NCBI RefSeq assembly: GCF_009914755.1
Contig: NC_060932.1
Direction: 5' to 3' (one strand)
Length of the DNA stretch: 64,000 nucleotides
Source of the DNA: the human T2T-CHM13v2.0 reference genome, Homo sapiens
The translations under genes were made by a program, and so were the position numbers. The notes below the pieces were generated by a model. That model had not been told where the DNA came from and made no database searches. It saw only the letters and a list, made by a program, of their open reading frames with translations. Numbering within the stretch: position 1 is the first letter of the stretch; each line of letters opens with the position of its first letter. Positions 31,176 to 49,186 of the stretch are shown piece after piece.

Positions 31176-31884
31176 GACAGAAGGTATGATTCTCTTACGG
31201 AGTGAGGGTCAGAAAAGGCTTTGCGAGAGGGACAGGAGGAGGTGAGAAGGCACTGGGGCAGAAGGGTGCGGAGGCTGGTGGACAAGGAGCAGGATGTGAT
31301 TGTTGGAGTACAAAACACAAGGGACCAAGAGAGGTGGGGTGGGGACAGCGTGCAAGTCTTAGGCTGGATTGGGGAACCCTGGGCAGCACGGGATGCCCCC
31401 CTTTCGTATTGTCACTCAGCCTTACAACATCTCCAAGAGCTGGATAGAAGACAGGAGACTATTCTACAGATGGGAAACTGGGACATGCTGAAAAGTTGAT
31501 TCTTCCTTAAATAAGAGCTGACTTACGCACTTGTCTTCTCTCCAGCAAGTCCTCCTAACTAACCCATTTCTCCGTGTGGGTTTCTGTGAGGTTAACAAGG
31601 TCATAGTGGAGAGGCTTCAGGCTGGCACCAACATTCCTGGCCCGAAACTATGGGAAGAGAGCCTATACTGGCAAAACTCCTTTTTAAGAGAGAAGATATG
31701 TGCTTTGGGCATGGACCTACCACTGCCAGCTTGTGCCTTAGTCAAGCTTCCTATTCTTTCTATTCCTGTTTCCTCATCTTTAGAGTGGGTGTACTAACCC
31801 ATGGGCCATGTAGACGAGGAAGGGGAAGGGTGAGCACGGGTGTTTGACACATAGTATGTTTGATTCCATCTTTTCCCTCTTATT

Positions 31885-32190
31885 TCTTTATTGAGACAGG
31901 ATCCTGCTGTGCCGCCCAGGCTGGAGTGCAGTGATACGATCACAGCTCACTGCAGCCTTCAACCCTCCAGGCTCAAGCAATCCTCCCACCTCAGCCTCCT
32001 GGGTAGCTGGCACTACAGGCACGTGCCAACACACCTGGGTAATTTTTTTGGTTTTTTTTTTTTTTTTTTTTGTAAAGACGAGGTTTTGCCATGTTGCCCA
32101 GGCTGGTCTCGAACCTCTGGGCTCAAGCAATCCTCTCACCTTGGCCTCTTAAAGTGCTGGGATTACAGGCATCACCCACAGTGCCCAGCC
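31885..32190 (-). mobile_element. AluJ
   Basis: Dimeric Alu. Confidence 0.88.
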
Positions 32191-33256
32191 TTATCTTTTC
32201 CCTCTTAAACCAAGAAAAATTCTAACTCTGATGAGAACGAAAAGAGAGGGGATCCATCAAAACTGCAAGACAGCAGCTCAGGAGGTGCCAAGGGATGATA
32301 GTTCAGTAAGGGCATCTCTTCCAGGCAATCAGTGCCATAAAGGGCTCCTTGGGGCTATTGATCTGCGGAGGAACCACAAGATCTTCTCAGCTAGCCAGTG
32401 TCAGCTTCCATCATCTTGTGCTAAATAAGGCCTGTCACTTTCCTGGAGAGCCTCCAGAGAAAACTGCAGGGCAAACAGATGTTGCAATAGGCCCAAGGAG
32501 CTCAGATACCGCCCGTCCTGTTTCCTGAGCTTCTCTGTAGAAAGGCAAGGCTGGGGATAGTCTTTTCCATCCCCACTCTCTGCCTCCAGGTCTTTGCTCC
32601 ACGTGGATGCTTTGTGCCCCTAGGGCTGTTCCAATGACAACAGCTTTTATTGACTGAGCACTCACTGTGTGCAAAGGAGCATGTAAGTGCGTGTAACCAG
32701 CACTGTTCCATTTCCTCCTCCCACAGCCTTTTGGCATGGGGACTCTTACCCTGCTTTACAGCTGAAGCTTGGTGGGATTGAAAACTTTATCCAAGGTCAC
32801 ACAGCTAGTGAATGGAAGAGCTGGATCCCAACCCAGATCTGCCTGAATCCAAAGCCTGTATGCTTCCTCCCTGCACGAGGGTGTCTTGGGCCACTTGGAT
32901 TTTCCAGCCTCAGTCCAAAGGCCTGTGGACAACGAACCTTTGTTGTGCGGGCTGTATCTCTTTGATTCAGTTCACCCAAACTGTGACACTTTGGATCTTC
33001 CCTCTTTGATACCTCTCCTGTGTCTCATCTTATTAATTCATGCATGCATCTAATCAACAGATTTCCACTGGGGTCCTTTCCAGGCCAGGTGTCGAGTACC
33101 TCGGAGGCTGTGTGCTCCCTTCCCACTATACCAGTGTGCAACTAGAAAAAAAAAAAAAAAGTGGTTTAAGCTGGGTCTAGAACGGAGTTTAGCTGATCCC
33201 TTCTGGGAAAGGTGAGTAGAGTAGCTGCCCAGGCAATTTAAATATCCATGGGCCAC

Positions 33257-33499
33257 CTGGGCACGGTGGCGCACATCTATAATCCCAGCAGATTGCCTGA
33301 GCTCAGGAGTTCGAGACCAGCCTGGGCATCATGGTGAAACCCCCGTCTCTACTGAAACACAAAAAATTAGCCAGGCATGGCAGCATGCGCCTGTAGTCCT
33401 GGCAACCCGGGAGGCGGAGGTTGCAGTGAGCTGAGATCATGCCTCTGCACTCCAGCCTGGGCAACAGTGCGAGACTCCATCTCAATTAAAAAAAAAAAA
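33257..33499 (+). mobile_element. Alu with internal deletions
   Basis: Both arms are present but shortened. Confidence 0.8.
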
Positions 33500-34285
33500 T
33501 CCTTGCCTAGCCACGTACAATGCAATGTCCTAAGCTCTGAGGCTTACTGCCACAATAAATGCAACACAATATTCACCTCCACAGTTTAATGGGAAAGACG
33601 AACATTTATCTAACCAACACCAAAACAAGACAGCCTGTGATAAGGCTATAACAAAGGGGTAAACTAGTAGGGAAACTTGTGAGAACAGAATTGAGGAAGA
33701 CTTCACCGTAGAGAAGGTATTTTGCAATGAGTCTTGGAGGCTGTTTACCGTGAGTTCATCCTTTTCTCTGTGAGGGGGACTAGAACTCTTGCATAGAATC
33801 CTTCAAGGCCTGTCTGAGTCCCAAGCTCTGACATCTGATTAGGTATTGCTGCAGAGTCTCATTAGAGCGGCCCTGGCTCTGAAGCGCCTCTTCAATGAGT
33901 CCTCGCACCAATTGCAGCCTTCGGTTTGAGGGCTGATGGCTGTCACACTGCCCGGTGGAGGAGTGAAGGCAGCCAAGTCATTAAGCCCAAAGCCACCAAC
34001 AGCAAGTGTGCGCTGGGAGCCGTGAGAGGCTTGGCCCATGTGTCAGAACATTTGCAGACACCGGCCAAGGAATAAAGACTGGGTCTGGGACAAGGCCAGG
34101 CTCTTGCTCTTCACCGGGAAAGTCATTTGAGAATTCAGGAAACACAACAGCGGCCTTCCTGGGCCTTCTGACCTTTCTTCCTCTTTACCCTGGCCTTATC
34201 CATGATGTTTGCCTACCTGGGAGGGAGCTTTTTCAGGAAGGTAACTGCTAAGGTCAGGGTGGGACGTTGTGGAGCTCACTTTGTC

Positions 34286-34316
<31 letters not shown>

Positions 34317-34607
34317 CACACTCTCACTCTGTCGCCCAGGCTGGAGTATAGTGGTGTGATCTCGGCTCACTACAACCTCCACCTCTGCAACCTCCACTCC
34401 GGGTTTCAAGCCATTCTTGTACCTCAGCCTCCGGAGTAGCTAGGTTTACAGGTGCCTGCCACCATGCCCAGATAATTTTTGTATTTTTAGTAAAGATGGG
34501 ATTTCGCCCTGTGGTCAAGCTGATCTCCAACGCCTGACCTCAAGTGATCCACCCGCCTCAGCCTTTCAAAGTGCTGGGATTACAGGCATGAGCCACCATG
34601 CCTGGCC
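34286..34607 (-). mobile_element. AluS with long poly-T
   Basis: Dimeric Alu; short internal duplication caacctccac. Confidence 0.9.
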
Positions 34608-35288
34608 GACTGTTTTCTTTTTATATGTAGCAATCATCTCCCAAAGCAATGCCAGATGGGTGCGGGTGGAAGGGTTGAGGGAAGCCTAGTCCTCTGTAGC
34701 TCCAGAGGGGAAATGGATCAGGCTACCCAGAAGCAGGTTTCTGCTCAGCATCAGGTCAGCCACCACTGATGAGATGACTGGTCCCTTGCAGGACCACCTG
34801 AGGATTCATAAGGGACCCATCAACACAGTGTTTAGATACTGCCCAGGGTGGGGAGAAATGGGAGGAGCCAGCCTAGGGGAGCATGAGGAGCTTGGGTTCT
34901 CACTATCCCAGGCAGAGGAACCAGCTCAGCCCCAAGCTCTGATACAGATGGCAGAAAGGAGCTGGCATCCTTCCAGCAGCCCCGTGCTCCCGACATGATC
35001 ATCTGGGAGGGTTCTGGTGGGTGTGAATGTCTGGCTTTCCTACAGAGAGCCCTCCTTCAAGGGACCCTCTGGGGGAGCTATGTCCTGCCAGGAACATTGC
35101 TGAAGGGATCCCACTCTTGAGAATAGGATGGATTTGGAGCAGTGGTTTTTCCACATCTGCTCTAGGGAGGTGCTTCAAGAACCACTGTGGATGCAAAGTG
35201 TGGGGAAGGAAAGCTGACTGGTGAGAGCCTGGGCCTGTACAAGCTATTCTACAGTAATGTTCTGTTTAGTGTATATTTTAAAGAATAA

Positions 35289-35592
<304 letters not shown>

Positions 35593-36431
35593 TTTATATA
35601 CCTGCAGAATAATTCTGCTGGTAAATAGTCAAGAACTCACTGAGTGGGCCAATATGTATGAACACACCTCTGTTGCACCTTTGCTGTCTGCTCTTCTGTG
35701 TTCTTGACCCGTGTTGCCCATTTTTATCCTCAGAAATACTCTATGAGATGTGCGGCGACTGGCCCCATTTTCAGGCAAGGAAATGGCACAGAGAGTGGGA
35801 GAGCTCGCCCAAGGCTCACTGCTGGTCAATGGCAGTGGCTGGGTTTTAAGCCAGCCACACTGACCCTGGGCCTCCACTCTTTCCCATGGCGCTCTCCTGA
35901 TCCCTCTCCCCACCTCACCTCTGAGGACTATGATTTGGTGTTTCTGTCCTTGATCAGATGACCCTGGCAACTCTGAATGAATGTGCCTGAGTTGACTTCA
36001 CTGCCGATCCCTGTGTGTCTCCCTTCGGAAGCGCAATCCTGTGGGGCAGGAATGCAATCTGATGGAGGGAAGGAGCCTTCCCCAAAGGCCGGCCTGGGGC
36101 CCAGCCTGGGTATATGTGCAGCCTGAGTATTTTTCCATAGATGTGACTGGGAAAGGTTTCTGAAATGAGTGGCCTTGGGGGGACTTCCTAAGCTGGTTGG
36201 CTAGGGAGTAATAACATTTCTGAACAATCAGGCTGTCCCCAGTGCCCTGTCTCTGGGCCTCCTCTAGCTCCCTCCCCTTCTGTCTGGGGCCTGCCTTGGG
36301 AATGCTCTCTACCCCCGTTACCCGGCTACCAAATCCCACGCCACCTAAAATGCCCAGCTCTGGCCCGGTGCCTTCTTCAAGCTTTCCTAATGGTCGCCTG
36401 GGCCAGCATCACTCAGGCTGAGACATCATTA

Positions 36432-36902
36432 TAGACATCCCCCCGCTTACAATGATTTGATTTATGATTTTTCAATTTTATGATGGTGCAAAGGCAACAT
36501 GCGTTCAACAGAAACCATACTTCAAATTGTGAATTTCGATCTTTTCCTGGGCTAGCAGTATGTGGTAGGATACTGCCCCGTGATGCTGGGCAGTGCAGAG
36601 AGTGCAGCTCCCATTCAGCCAGACGATCACGTGGGTGAACAACCTGATACCACATGCTGCTGTGTCCTGCATCCAGTAAGTTACATGAGAGAGTCAACAC
36701 TTTGTTATAAAATGGGCTTCGTGCCAGATGATTCTGCCCAGCTGTAGGCTGATGTAGGTGTTCTGAGCACATTTAAGGTAGGCTAGGCTAAGCTGCGATG
36801 CTCAGTTGGTTAGGGGTATTAGGTGCATTTTCGACTTATAATAGTTTCCATTTATGATGGGCTTATCAGGATGTAACCCCTTCATAGGTCAAGGGGCATC
36901 TG
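36432..36902 (-). mobile_element. Tigger5/MER47-family DNA transposon
   Basis: tttaaggtaggctaggctaagct, tgcattttcgactta and the ...gcatctg terminus. Confidence 0.8.
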
Positions 36903-37426
36903 CACTTGACTTTCTACCTGTGCAGATCTTGCCTTCTCAAGTAGGTCATATATTTCTTGATGGCAGCTTCTCTGTCTTGGTATTGGTAGGGGTCCTTGGG
37001 AAAACTTTTTTTGAGGGGCTTGGGCCTCCCAAGAAAATATCACTTGACAACGAGACCTTCTTCCTTTGGTCACCAGGTTTCCTACTAAATTAATAGAGTC
37101 CACAGGCCTTCAATTATAAACAGATGATGCCATGGCTTCACCCACTGGGTCCCTTGGAGGAAGGTGTTTCTGGAGGACCCACCAGAACCCTCCCAGTTGC
37201 TCATGTTGGAAGCATGGGGCTGCTGGAAGAATGCCAGCCCCTCTCAGCCAACGGAGACCATGTGCCCCTATCTGCAATGGTGAAGACTGGAGCTCTTCAC
37301 TCTCTTCAGGGTTGAGCTCCTCCAGTTTCTCCCCACCCCTATCTAAGACAGGCAGCAACACTGCAACTTGCTGTTGGCCCACTCTATCTAGTGAAAATAT
37401 TATCTCTCTTAAGTTGTATCATTTAA

Positions 37427-38082
37427 TGATACTGAAGTGGCGTCATTGTCTGGGGTAAATACCTGAGGTTTGTTGTCTCAGCCAAGAAGGTTAAGGACAC
37501 AGACACACACCAGGAGAGAACTTAGGAGTGGAAGATTAATAGGCAAAAGAAAGAGAAAAGAGAACAGCTCTCTCTCTCTTGCAAGAGAGACAGGGGTCTC
37601 AACGGGAATTCTGGCCTGTGCCTGAGTGCACTGGATATTATAGACTGGCTTGAGGAGGTGGTGCCTGATTTACATGGGGCCCACAGATTGGTTGGACCAG
37701 TTGTGAAATTTACATAACACGCAGGGTAGGCTAGCTACCCCATTCTAATCTTATTATGCAAAGGGCTTTCCACTTGGTCTGTGCTGTGTTGTCTGCTTCT
37801 TACTGTACACGTGGAAGTAAGGAGTGGCAAAGAGAAGGGAACACGGAGCCGCCATTTGGAACATGCCTAGCTCCAGGTAGCCTTTTCCTATTGGCACAAC
37901 TGCCGGCATTCACCGCTGCAAGTTTCTAGCTTACTTGTCTATGTCTGCAGCTCTATTTTATAGGCTGCTCTTTGTTAGAAAAGAAAATGATTTGGGGGCT
38001 GTTTTTCATTAGAAGAAAAACCTTACCAAGGACTTCCTTACCCTTACTATCTGCCCAAATAATTTCCTCTTAACTGATATCA
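37427..38082 (-). mobile_element. ERV1 solo LTR, MER51-like
   Basis: TG...CA ends; ggctgctctttgttagaaaagaaaatgatttgggggctg...ctatctgcccaaataattt. Confidence 0.7.
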
Positions 38083-38116
38083 GTACTGTAACATAGCCTA
38101 TCCTATCATGATGTAA

Positions 38117-38996
<880 letters not shown>

Positions 38997-39447
38997 TCTA
39001 CTTAGCTCTTTAGAAATGTAATTACAACCTTTACCTTCCCTTCACCAGGCATTCCCTACAGGGCAAGCTTATCTAACTACGTGCTTACTTAGAACCTCCA
39101 TAGCCAGAACGCTGACCCACTGGGAGAGACAACAGTCAATTTGCCACCTAAAGTATGCCCTTGACCCAACTCTGTCCCACCTGGCGAGTATCTTGAAACA
39201 ATGGCCATTGTACAACCTAGTTCTGCTTGTGGTGGCACCAGCTGAACCACCTGGTAGATAAGGCACCAAAGTGAGTCATGCAGACCCCCACCTGCTCGCT
39301 CCCTCCTCTGCATGCCATGCATGCATGCCAAGTCCCCCTTTAAAATCCCCTGATTTCTGCCCCAAAAGTAAAGCAGTACCCTTAAAGGCAGGAGTCTGTA
39401 CTTCTTCCCCAAAGCTAAGTCTTGGAATAAAGGCACTTTCTTTATAC

Positions 39448-40448
<1,001 letters not shown>

Positions 40449-41821
40449 ATATCAGACCTTGCTCTTGTTCATTGCATTCTGCAAGCGATGAGTGACTGAA
40501 CCTGCATTTTCGTTGCAATGGTAACCCATAACATATCTCTCAGTGTAGGGCCCATGTGGTTAGTTCCTCCTTTAGAAATGAGGAAATTAATTTCAATCAG
40601 ACCAAAGAGACTTATTTATTTCCCTACTGCATTTTAGCACTGAGTGCTGTACATCATAGGCACTAAGTCAACATTTGTTGAGTTGAGTGGATGGAGTATG
40701 GGAGCTCCGGGAAAGTTCACTTCTGCTCTGTTCAGTCAGGCTCCTATTCCAGATGTTCAGAGTTCATTATGCAATCCTCACGATGTTGAAAAGCTTCCTG
40801 TAATATGATGATACATAGAAGAATGTGAATGGTTGGTTTGTTTCCCTGGCCTGTCAGAGCACTGCCAGATGTACAAGACTGCCTTTGTACTCAGGGCTTG
40901 GCTGCTGATAAAATGGTCTAAACACTTGTAAATCGTATCCTATTGTCATGTAGGAAGAGCTTATATAAGTGAATAATCGCTATCTAATTGATCCCTTTGT
41001 GTTTGCTTCAAGCTATATGCCATCGATATGTGACTGTTAAAGGGTGGTTTCAAAAAGGGTAAAATCATCACTCTCACACAGACATAAAATGAACACATGG
41101 TAGATTTTTTATTTAACTCACCATTAATGAGGGAACTGGTAAGATCTTACAAGGGCAATCCAAGGAATGGACACATTGATAGATCAGAGATATTGACATG
41201 AACATGAAAATGGCAGCAAAACTAACTGGCTTCTTCCACAGCAGGAAAGGGAATGTCAGTTGAAGCTCCACCAGACAGGTTTTTTTTGTTTTGTTTTGTT
41301 TTGTTTTTGTTTCTGTTTTTGTTTTTTAACGTATGTATAGACAAAAATCACTCTATTGGCTGCTAGTTATCTACAATGTATAAAGTTGTAAAATAGCTTA
41401 ATTCAATGAATCAGAGAACCTGGAAGAATGAGCTCTAAGCTATGTATCATTTTCTATTGCAGACACTTAATAATCTTTTTTGTTTATTACAAGCTTCCTT
41501 GGCAGTGGTGACATTTCAAGTGAATAGGGAAAAGGACACACTATCCAACAAATAGTGTTGAGACAATTGGATTCACTGTGAAAAAATAAAATCATGTTGT
41601 GATGCCATACTTTAAACAGAACAAATTTCAGGTGGATTAAAAAATGAAATATTAAAATGGAAACTTTTAAATCTTTAGAATAATATGCAGGAGAATATCT
41701 TTAGTACCTTAAGGTAGGGAAGGAAATATGACAGAAAAAAAACCACAAACTGTACCAAGGAAACCATAGATTTGACTATATCTAAAACAAAAACCTTTTC
41801 TTTCGTCAAGATGCCCCAGAT

Positions 41822-42197
<376 letters not shown>

Positions 42198-42536
42198 TCA
42201 AATCAGAAAAAAATCAACAACCCAGCAAAAGCGGGGAAGCTCTAGGAAGAGACTGTGAGTGCAAATGACTCCGCACTGCAGTAGCCCCTGCACCGCCTTT
42301 CGGAAGAGCACTTGCATCCCAAACCATTAAAAGGAACCTACTGGGACAACTGTGGCCCCCGAGGTTTACCGAATGCCAAGTTTATCCCCACTCTGGCTCC
42401 ATGTCCTCCAGGACTCTAGACCAATGTACAGACTTTAACAATTGCAGTTGCTTTGAAGATTCTCACTGTGGAGGTCAATTCTGCTTCCATTGTGGAAACC
42501 AGGATCTCATCCATCCATCAATTCATTCAATAAATC

Positions 42537-42840
42537 TTTTTTTTTTTTTTTTTTTTTTTGAGACAAGGTCTCTCTCTGTCACCCAGGCTGGAGTACAGTG
42601 GCATGATCATGGCTCATTGCACCCTTGACCTCCTAGGCTCAAAGGATCCTCCCACCTCAGCTTCCCAAATAGCTGGGACTACAGGTGTGCACCACCATGA
42701 CCAACTAATTTATAAATTATTTGTAGAGATGCGGTCTCATTATGTTGGCCAAGCTGATCTCAAACTCCTGGGTTCAATCAGTCCTCCTACCTTGGCCTCC
42801 TAAAGTGCTGGGATTACAGGCATGAGCCACTGTACCCAGA
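42537..42840 (-). mobile_element. AluJ
   Basis: TSD tcaa(t/c)aaatcttt. Confidence 0.88.
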
Positions 42841-43242
42841 CACTCAACAAATCTTTAGTGCCCACTCTGCGCTGGGTATAGAGGATATGGAAGGATGCCA
42901 CCTCCTGGAGCTTCCCCCCAAAGGCAGATGAAGAAGTTAAATCCCAAATGGAGACGGGCACTAAGGAAGGGCTCTGGGACCCTACCTATGCTCACCTTTG
43001 GTTTGCCCCTCAACCCACCCCTGTGAGTTCATGGGGTGTATTTTTTCCAATTGATTCCATACTTTCAGAGAAGTTACACAAACAGTACAGAGAATTTTCA
43101 ATATACCTTACACCCAGCTTCACCCAATAATAACTAATGTCTTGCATAACTGTAGAACAGTTACCAAAGCTAGGACATTAGCCACAGAATTTATTCAGTG
43201 CTCACAAGTTTTCCCGTTATTGTCTTTTTCTGTTTCAGGTTC

Positions 43243-43972
<730 letters not shown>

Positions 43973-44531
43973 GCTTCCAATCCTAGATCCACACTGTAGT
44001 CAATGTTACACATCCTTAGTTAGCCCTAGTCTGTTCTTCAGTCTTTCCTTGTCTTTCATGACCTTGACATTTTGAAGGGTACTGGCTAGATACCTTGCAG
44101 AACTCTTCCTCACAATTAGGTTGAGGTGATATATTATTGCAGAGGATGCCACAGAGATGATGAGCTCTTCTCGGTGCTTCAGATCAGGGGTGTGGGATGC
44201 CGATGTGTATTCCTGGTGAGGCTGATCTTCACTGCTTGGTTAAGGTGGTGTCTTCCAGGATCTTCCACTGTAAGCTCACTATTTTGCTCTTTTGTGATCA
44301 CTAAATATTTGAGAGGAAATACTCTGAGATTATGCAAATATCCTCTTTCTGCTTAAGTTTTGCTTTGGGCTGTTTTTCAAACACATCCCTGATTTGGGCT
44401 TCATAAGCCTGATTATCCCCGACAGCCAGCCCTTCTTGGCTACTCAGCTGACAAAGGGCACTTGCTGCCCCTTTTGTCCCCTGCCCACAGGCACAAAGAA
44501 GCCACGCTGTTCCCACCTGGGGCAGCATGTG

Positions 44532-45155
44532 TGTTCCTGGACCAAACTGAGGGTTGGGCTGCTTGTTCTTGTGGCCCAATAACGAGATGCAGATGAACTA
44601 GGAAAGGACGGAGTTCATTTCTGTAACAGGGCACAGGGGGAAGGTTTGCAAAATATCGCCAGGCCAACTCAAAATTACAAAGTTTTCCAAAGCTTATATA
44701 CCTTCTAAGCTATATGTCTATGTGTAAGAGTACGTTCATTTACAGACATAAGTGATTAACTTTTTTTTAATCTATAACTAAGATCTGAGTCCTAAAGACC
44801 TTCCTCTGGAGCCTCAGTAAATTTGTGTAATCAAAATGGGTCCAGGTGCTGGGGTGATTACCCTTATCTTGTCTCCTGCTAAGCCATGGAGGTTTGGGGA
44901 GTTTCTTCAGACCCCCAATAAATGTGTTTAATCCTAAACGGGTCCTGTGAAGTATTTCTTCATTATCTTGTCTTGCCTTAAGGCCCAGGAAAGGCCTAGG
45001 CAAAGCTGTTGGTGGGCTTTTGTTACATCCCAGTCTTTGTAGACGTGCACTGGCTCTTTTGGCTTTCAATATTTAACTTTACCACTCAGTCAGTGCTGAA
45101 ACAGTTGTGATGGAGGCCTGTCTGTTCAGCAGTTAGGGAGACCTGGCCTGGCACA
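44532..45155 (-). mobile_element. MER39-like ERV1 solo LTR
   Basis: tgttcctggaccaaactgaggg...gcttatataccttctaagctatatgtct...gagacctggcctggcaca. Confidence 0.75.
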
Positions 45156-45488
45156 GGTGGGTGCCCTCCCCTCTCCAAAGATGTGGGAATGCTCCAAATG
45201 CCTCGAAACAAGACAGCCTGCTTGACAAGGAGCTGGGAAGAAATTTCAAATGAAGATGAGCTACATAAGTTAGTCTTCTGCAACCTGGAAAAGTGAAGAC
45301 TGGAGGGGGTATAACAGGGTCAACATGAACTTTTGTTTGTTTCTTTAAATGCTGGCAAACTGGGGCATAGTGTGGGGTAAGGAGAGCTTGAAACTTGAAG
45401 GAACTTGTTTTAAATATCAAGGCAAAAAAGCTGGACTCTCCAGCATGGGAAAGACACATATGAAATTAGTTACTCAAGAAGCTAAACA

Positions 45489-45798
45489 GGCCAGGTGCAG
45501 TGGCTCATGCCTGTAATCACAGCACTTTGGGAAGTTGAGGCAGCAGGATTTCTTGAGCCCAGGAGTTCAAGACTAGCCTAAGCAACATAGTGAGACCCTG
45601 TCTCTACAAAAAAATCAAAAAAATTAGCTGGGCCTGGTGGTGCACACCTGTGGTTCCGGCTACATGGGAGGCTGAGGTGGGGAGGATTGCTTGATGCCAG
45701 GAGGTGGAGGCTGCAGTGAGCTGTATTTGCACCACTGCACTCCAGCCTGGGTGACAAGAGTGAGCCCCTCTCTGAAAAAAAAAAAAAAAAAAAAAAAA
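45489..45798 (+). mobile_element. AluJ
   Basis: Dimeric Alu. Confidence 0.9.
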
Positions 45799-46198
45799 GA
45801 GGTTGAACATCTGAAGTATGCTCTGAGGCTATGGGTACACATCTGAATGGGACCCAGAATGGGGTAAGCCAGCATCACACAAACACAGTGGCCACACTCT
45901 CTGGCCACAATTGGGGCCACTGTGTATGGTAAACATGTGTGTGGCCTGGAAAGTCTAAGGCTCCAGGCTAGTCCAGTAGTCCTCAAGTTTTTGTATGAAG
46001 ATGATTGGGACTCTGCTAGTCTTCCAGGTTTGAAAATCCATTGTTCACTCTCCTTAACCCCCTTAGGGGATGTATCAGAGGCATCAACCAATGCCTCCTT
46101 GGTCTTTGCCCTGTGTGTAGCCTGCCATAGCATTCTCCCTTCGCCGCACTACCCCAGCCACAGACCCATCCAGCCACATCCTGGGGTCCCATTTTTAA

Positions 46199-46534
<336 letters not shown>

Positions 46535-46853
46535 TAGGGCTGAATTCAATTACAGCTCTCCCAGGAAGAAATAATTCTATCTCAAGATCAGGTTCAGTCT
46601 GGTATCTGCTTCCTGTTATCAGCTCCTAGTTATCCGCATACTTTTTGGGTTTTAGGCACTTTGACCACCAAAATCTCATGGTCCATCCCAGCTCTGCTCT
46701 ACCCCCTGTGGTTACCTTGTCAATCAAAATTAAGGCTGTTCAGGCAGAAGTAGTTTGATAAAGGTTTATTGGATGCCAGATGTGAGGACTGACCAGGGAA
46801 GATACACCAACAGATTTGGACATATTCTAGAGTTTGTTACAAGTTGAAATGTT

Positions 46854-47225
<372 letters not shown>

Positions 47226-47266
47226 TTATAAGAAAGTTTAGAAGAAGGAAGAGGAACCCCTTATAG

Positions 47267-47587
<321 letters not shown>

Positions 47588-47961
47588 CCTGAGTTGTCCT
47601 TTTTCATTGGAGGGTACAATCTTTGGCTACAGATCACAGTGCACAGCTAAAATGTTCTACGTGCAAGACAATCAATAAAACTTTGTGATTCCAAAACAAA
47701 TCAGTGTCATTTTTAGTGTCAGCAAGTTACACATGAATTAGTATGTCTTAAGGAACTCACGATAAAATTTCTGGGACTCACAATCACTTTCTTTACTCAG
47801 GGACAGAATGTAAGCCATGAATTGTAAGACCTTCCCTGGGCAGTTCATTGGGAAGCCTGCCAAATGTGACCTGTAGGTTATCAGCTTCAAACCTGAAAAG
47901 TTATTTCTAGCCCTGATCCCCTACTTGTTAGCCTGCTTGTAACCATGGAGACTGTAGATTC

Positions 47962-48522
47962 TGTTAAATTAACCTAAATTTGGCCTAAGAATGCTTCTGT
48001 ACCTGAGTCCTTACTGAAGGAACTGCAACCTAACTTTTTTAAATTAGTTTTTTGTAGAGAAGGGTGTCTCCCTATATTGCCCAGGCTAGTCTTGAACTCC
48101 TGGCCTCAAGCAAGTCTCCTGCCTCAGCCTCCCAACATAATAAGATTATGGGAGCGAGCCATTAAGTCAGGCCCTGCAATCTACCTTAGTAGTAAACTAA
48201 CTGAAACCCTAACACAGGGATATACTTTTGTAACAAATCTCCCAGTCTCAACCATTCACAGCCTCTGAGCTCCAGTCAATCACAAGCAGCCAACTAATCA
48301 GACCATGTTCAAATGAGGCAAACCTGGAGCTGTAACTGATCAAGCTGTTTCTGTCCCTCTCTTCTATTTTCCTTCTATAAATGCTGCCTGCCTGCCTGCC
48401 TGCCTTGTGGAATGGAGTTCTCTGAACCTCTGCTGGCTCTGAGGGCTGCCTGACTCTCGAGCCCTTCTTTGCTCAGTTAAACTCTGCTAAATTTAATTTG
48501 CTTAAAGTTTTTATTTTTAATA
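47962..48522 (+). mobile_element. MER57-like ERV1 LTR with an internal FLAM (~48035-48175)
   Basis: tgttaaattaa...tttggcctaa; gttcaaatgaggcaaac; ctataaat; ctttgctcagttaaactctgctaaatttaattt. Confidence 0.7.
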
Positions 48523-48986
48523 ACTCATTGGTCTTTGTTTTTGTCCTACCTCGTAAGGTACATCATTGATGCCAGACATCACTGAAACGATATTCACAAA
48601 GAGCTAAAAGGTGGGTGGGGAGGGGAAAAATGAACACACAAGGACTCCCTGTGTGTCCACAGTGGCTCTGAGGTTGTCTTTGAGAGCTCAGCTTTGCATC
48701 TATCTCTTCAGTCTTCCCAAAAATTCTGTAAGTTATTTACTGCACTGACGTGATTTCCTTTCTGCTTACAGCAGTTATGGGGACTCTTTTTCTGCAACTG
48801 AACCCTGACAAATGCAAGTGAAAGAGGGAAATGACCAACAATGTAAGGAAAGGTATACAATCATAGATAAAAAGGCATTTTAAAAATTGTGAATAAATTG
48901 CATAATACTATGCTGATACATTTGAAAAAAAATAGATACATCTGATAGTTTCTCAGAATATATAAGTTTTCCAAATTTACGGAAAA

Positions 48987-49145
48987 GCCAGGTGCAGTTG
49001 CTGGTGACTGTACTCCCAACTACTCAGGAGGCCAAGGTGAGAGGATCACTTGAGTCCAGGAGTTGGAGGCTGCAGTGAGCTATGATGGTGCCACTGCACT
49101 CCAGTCTGGGCCACAGAGTAAGGCTGTCTCTAAAAACAATAACGA
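48987..49145 (+). mobile_element. Alu monomer (FAM/FRAM-like) followed by an A33 run (49152-49184)
   Basis: Single arm. Confidence 0.75.
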
Positions 49146-49150
49146 ATTTA

Positions 49151-49186
<36 letters not shown>
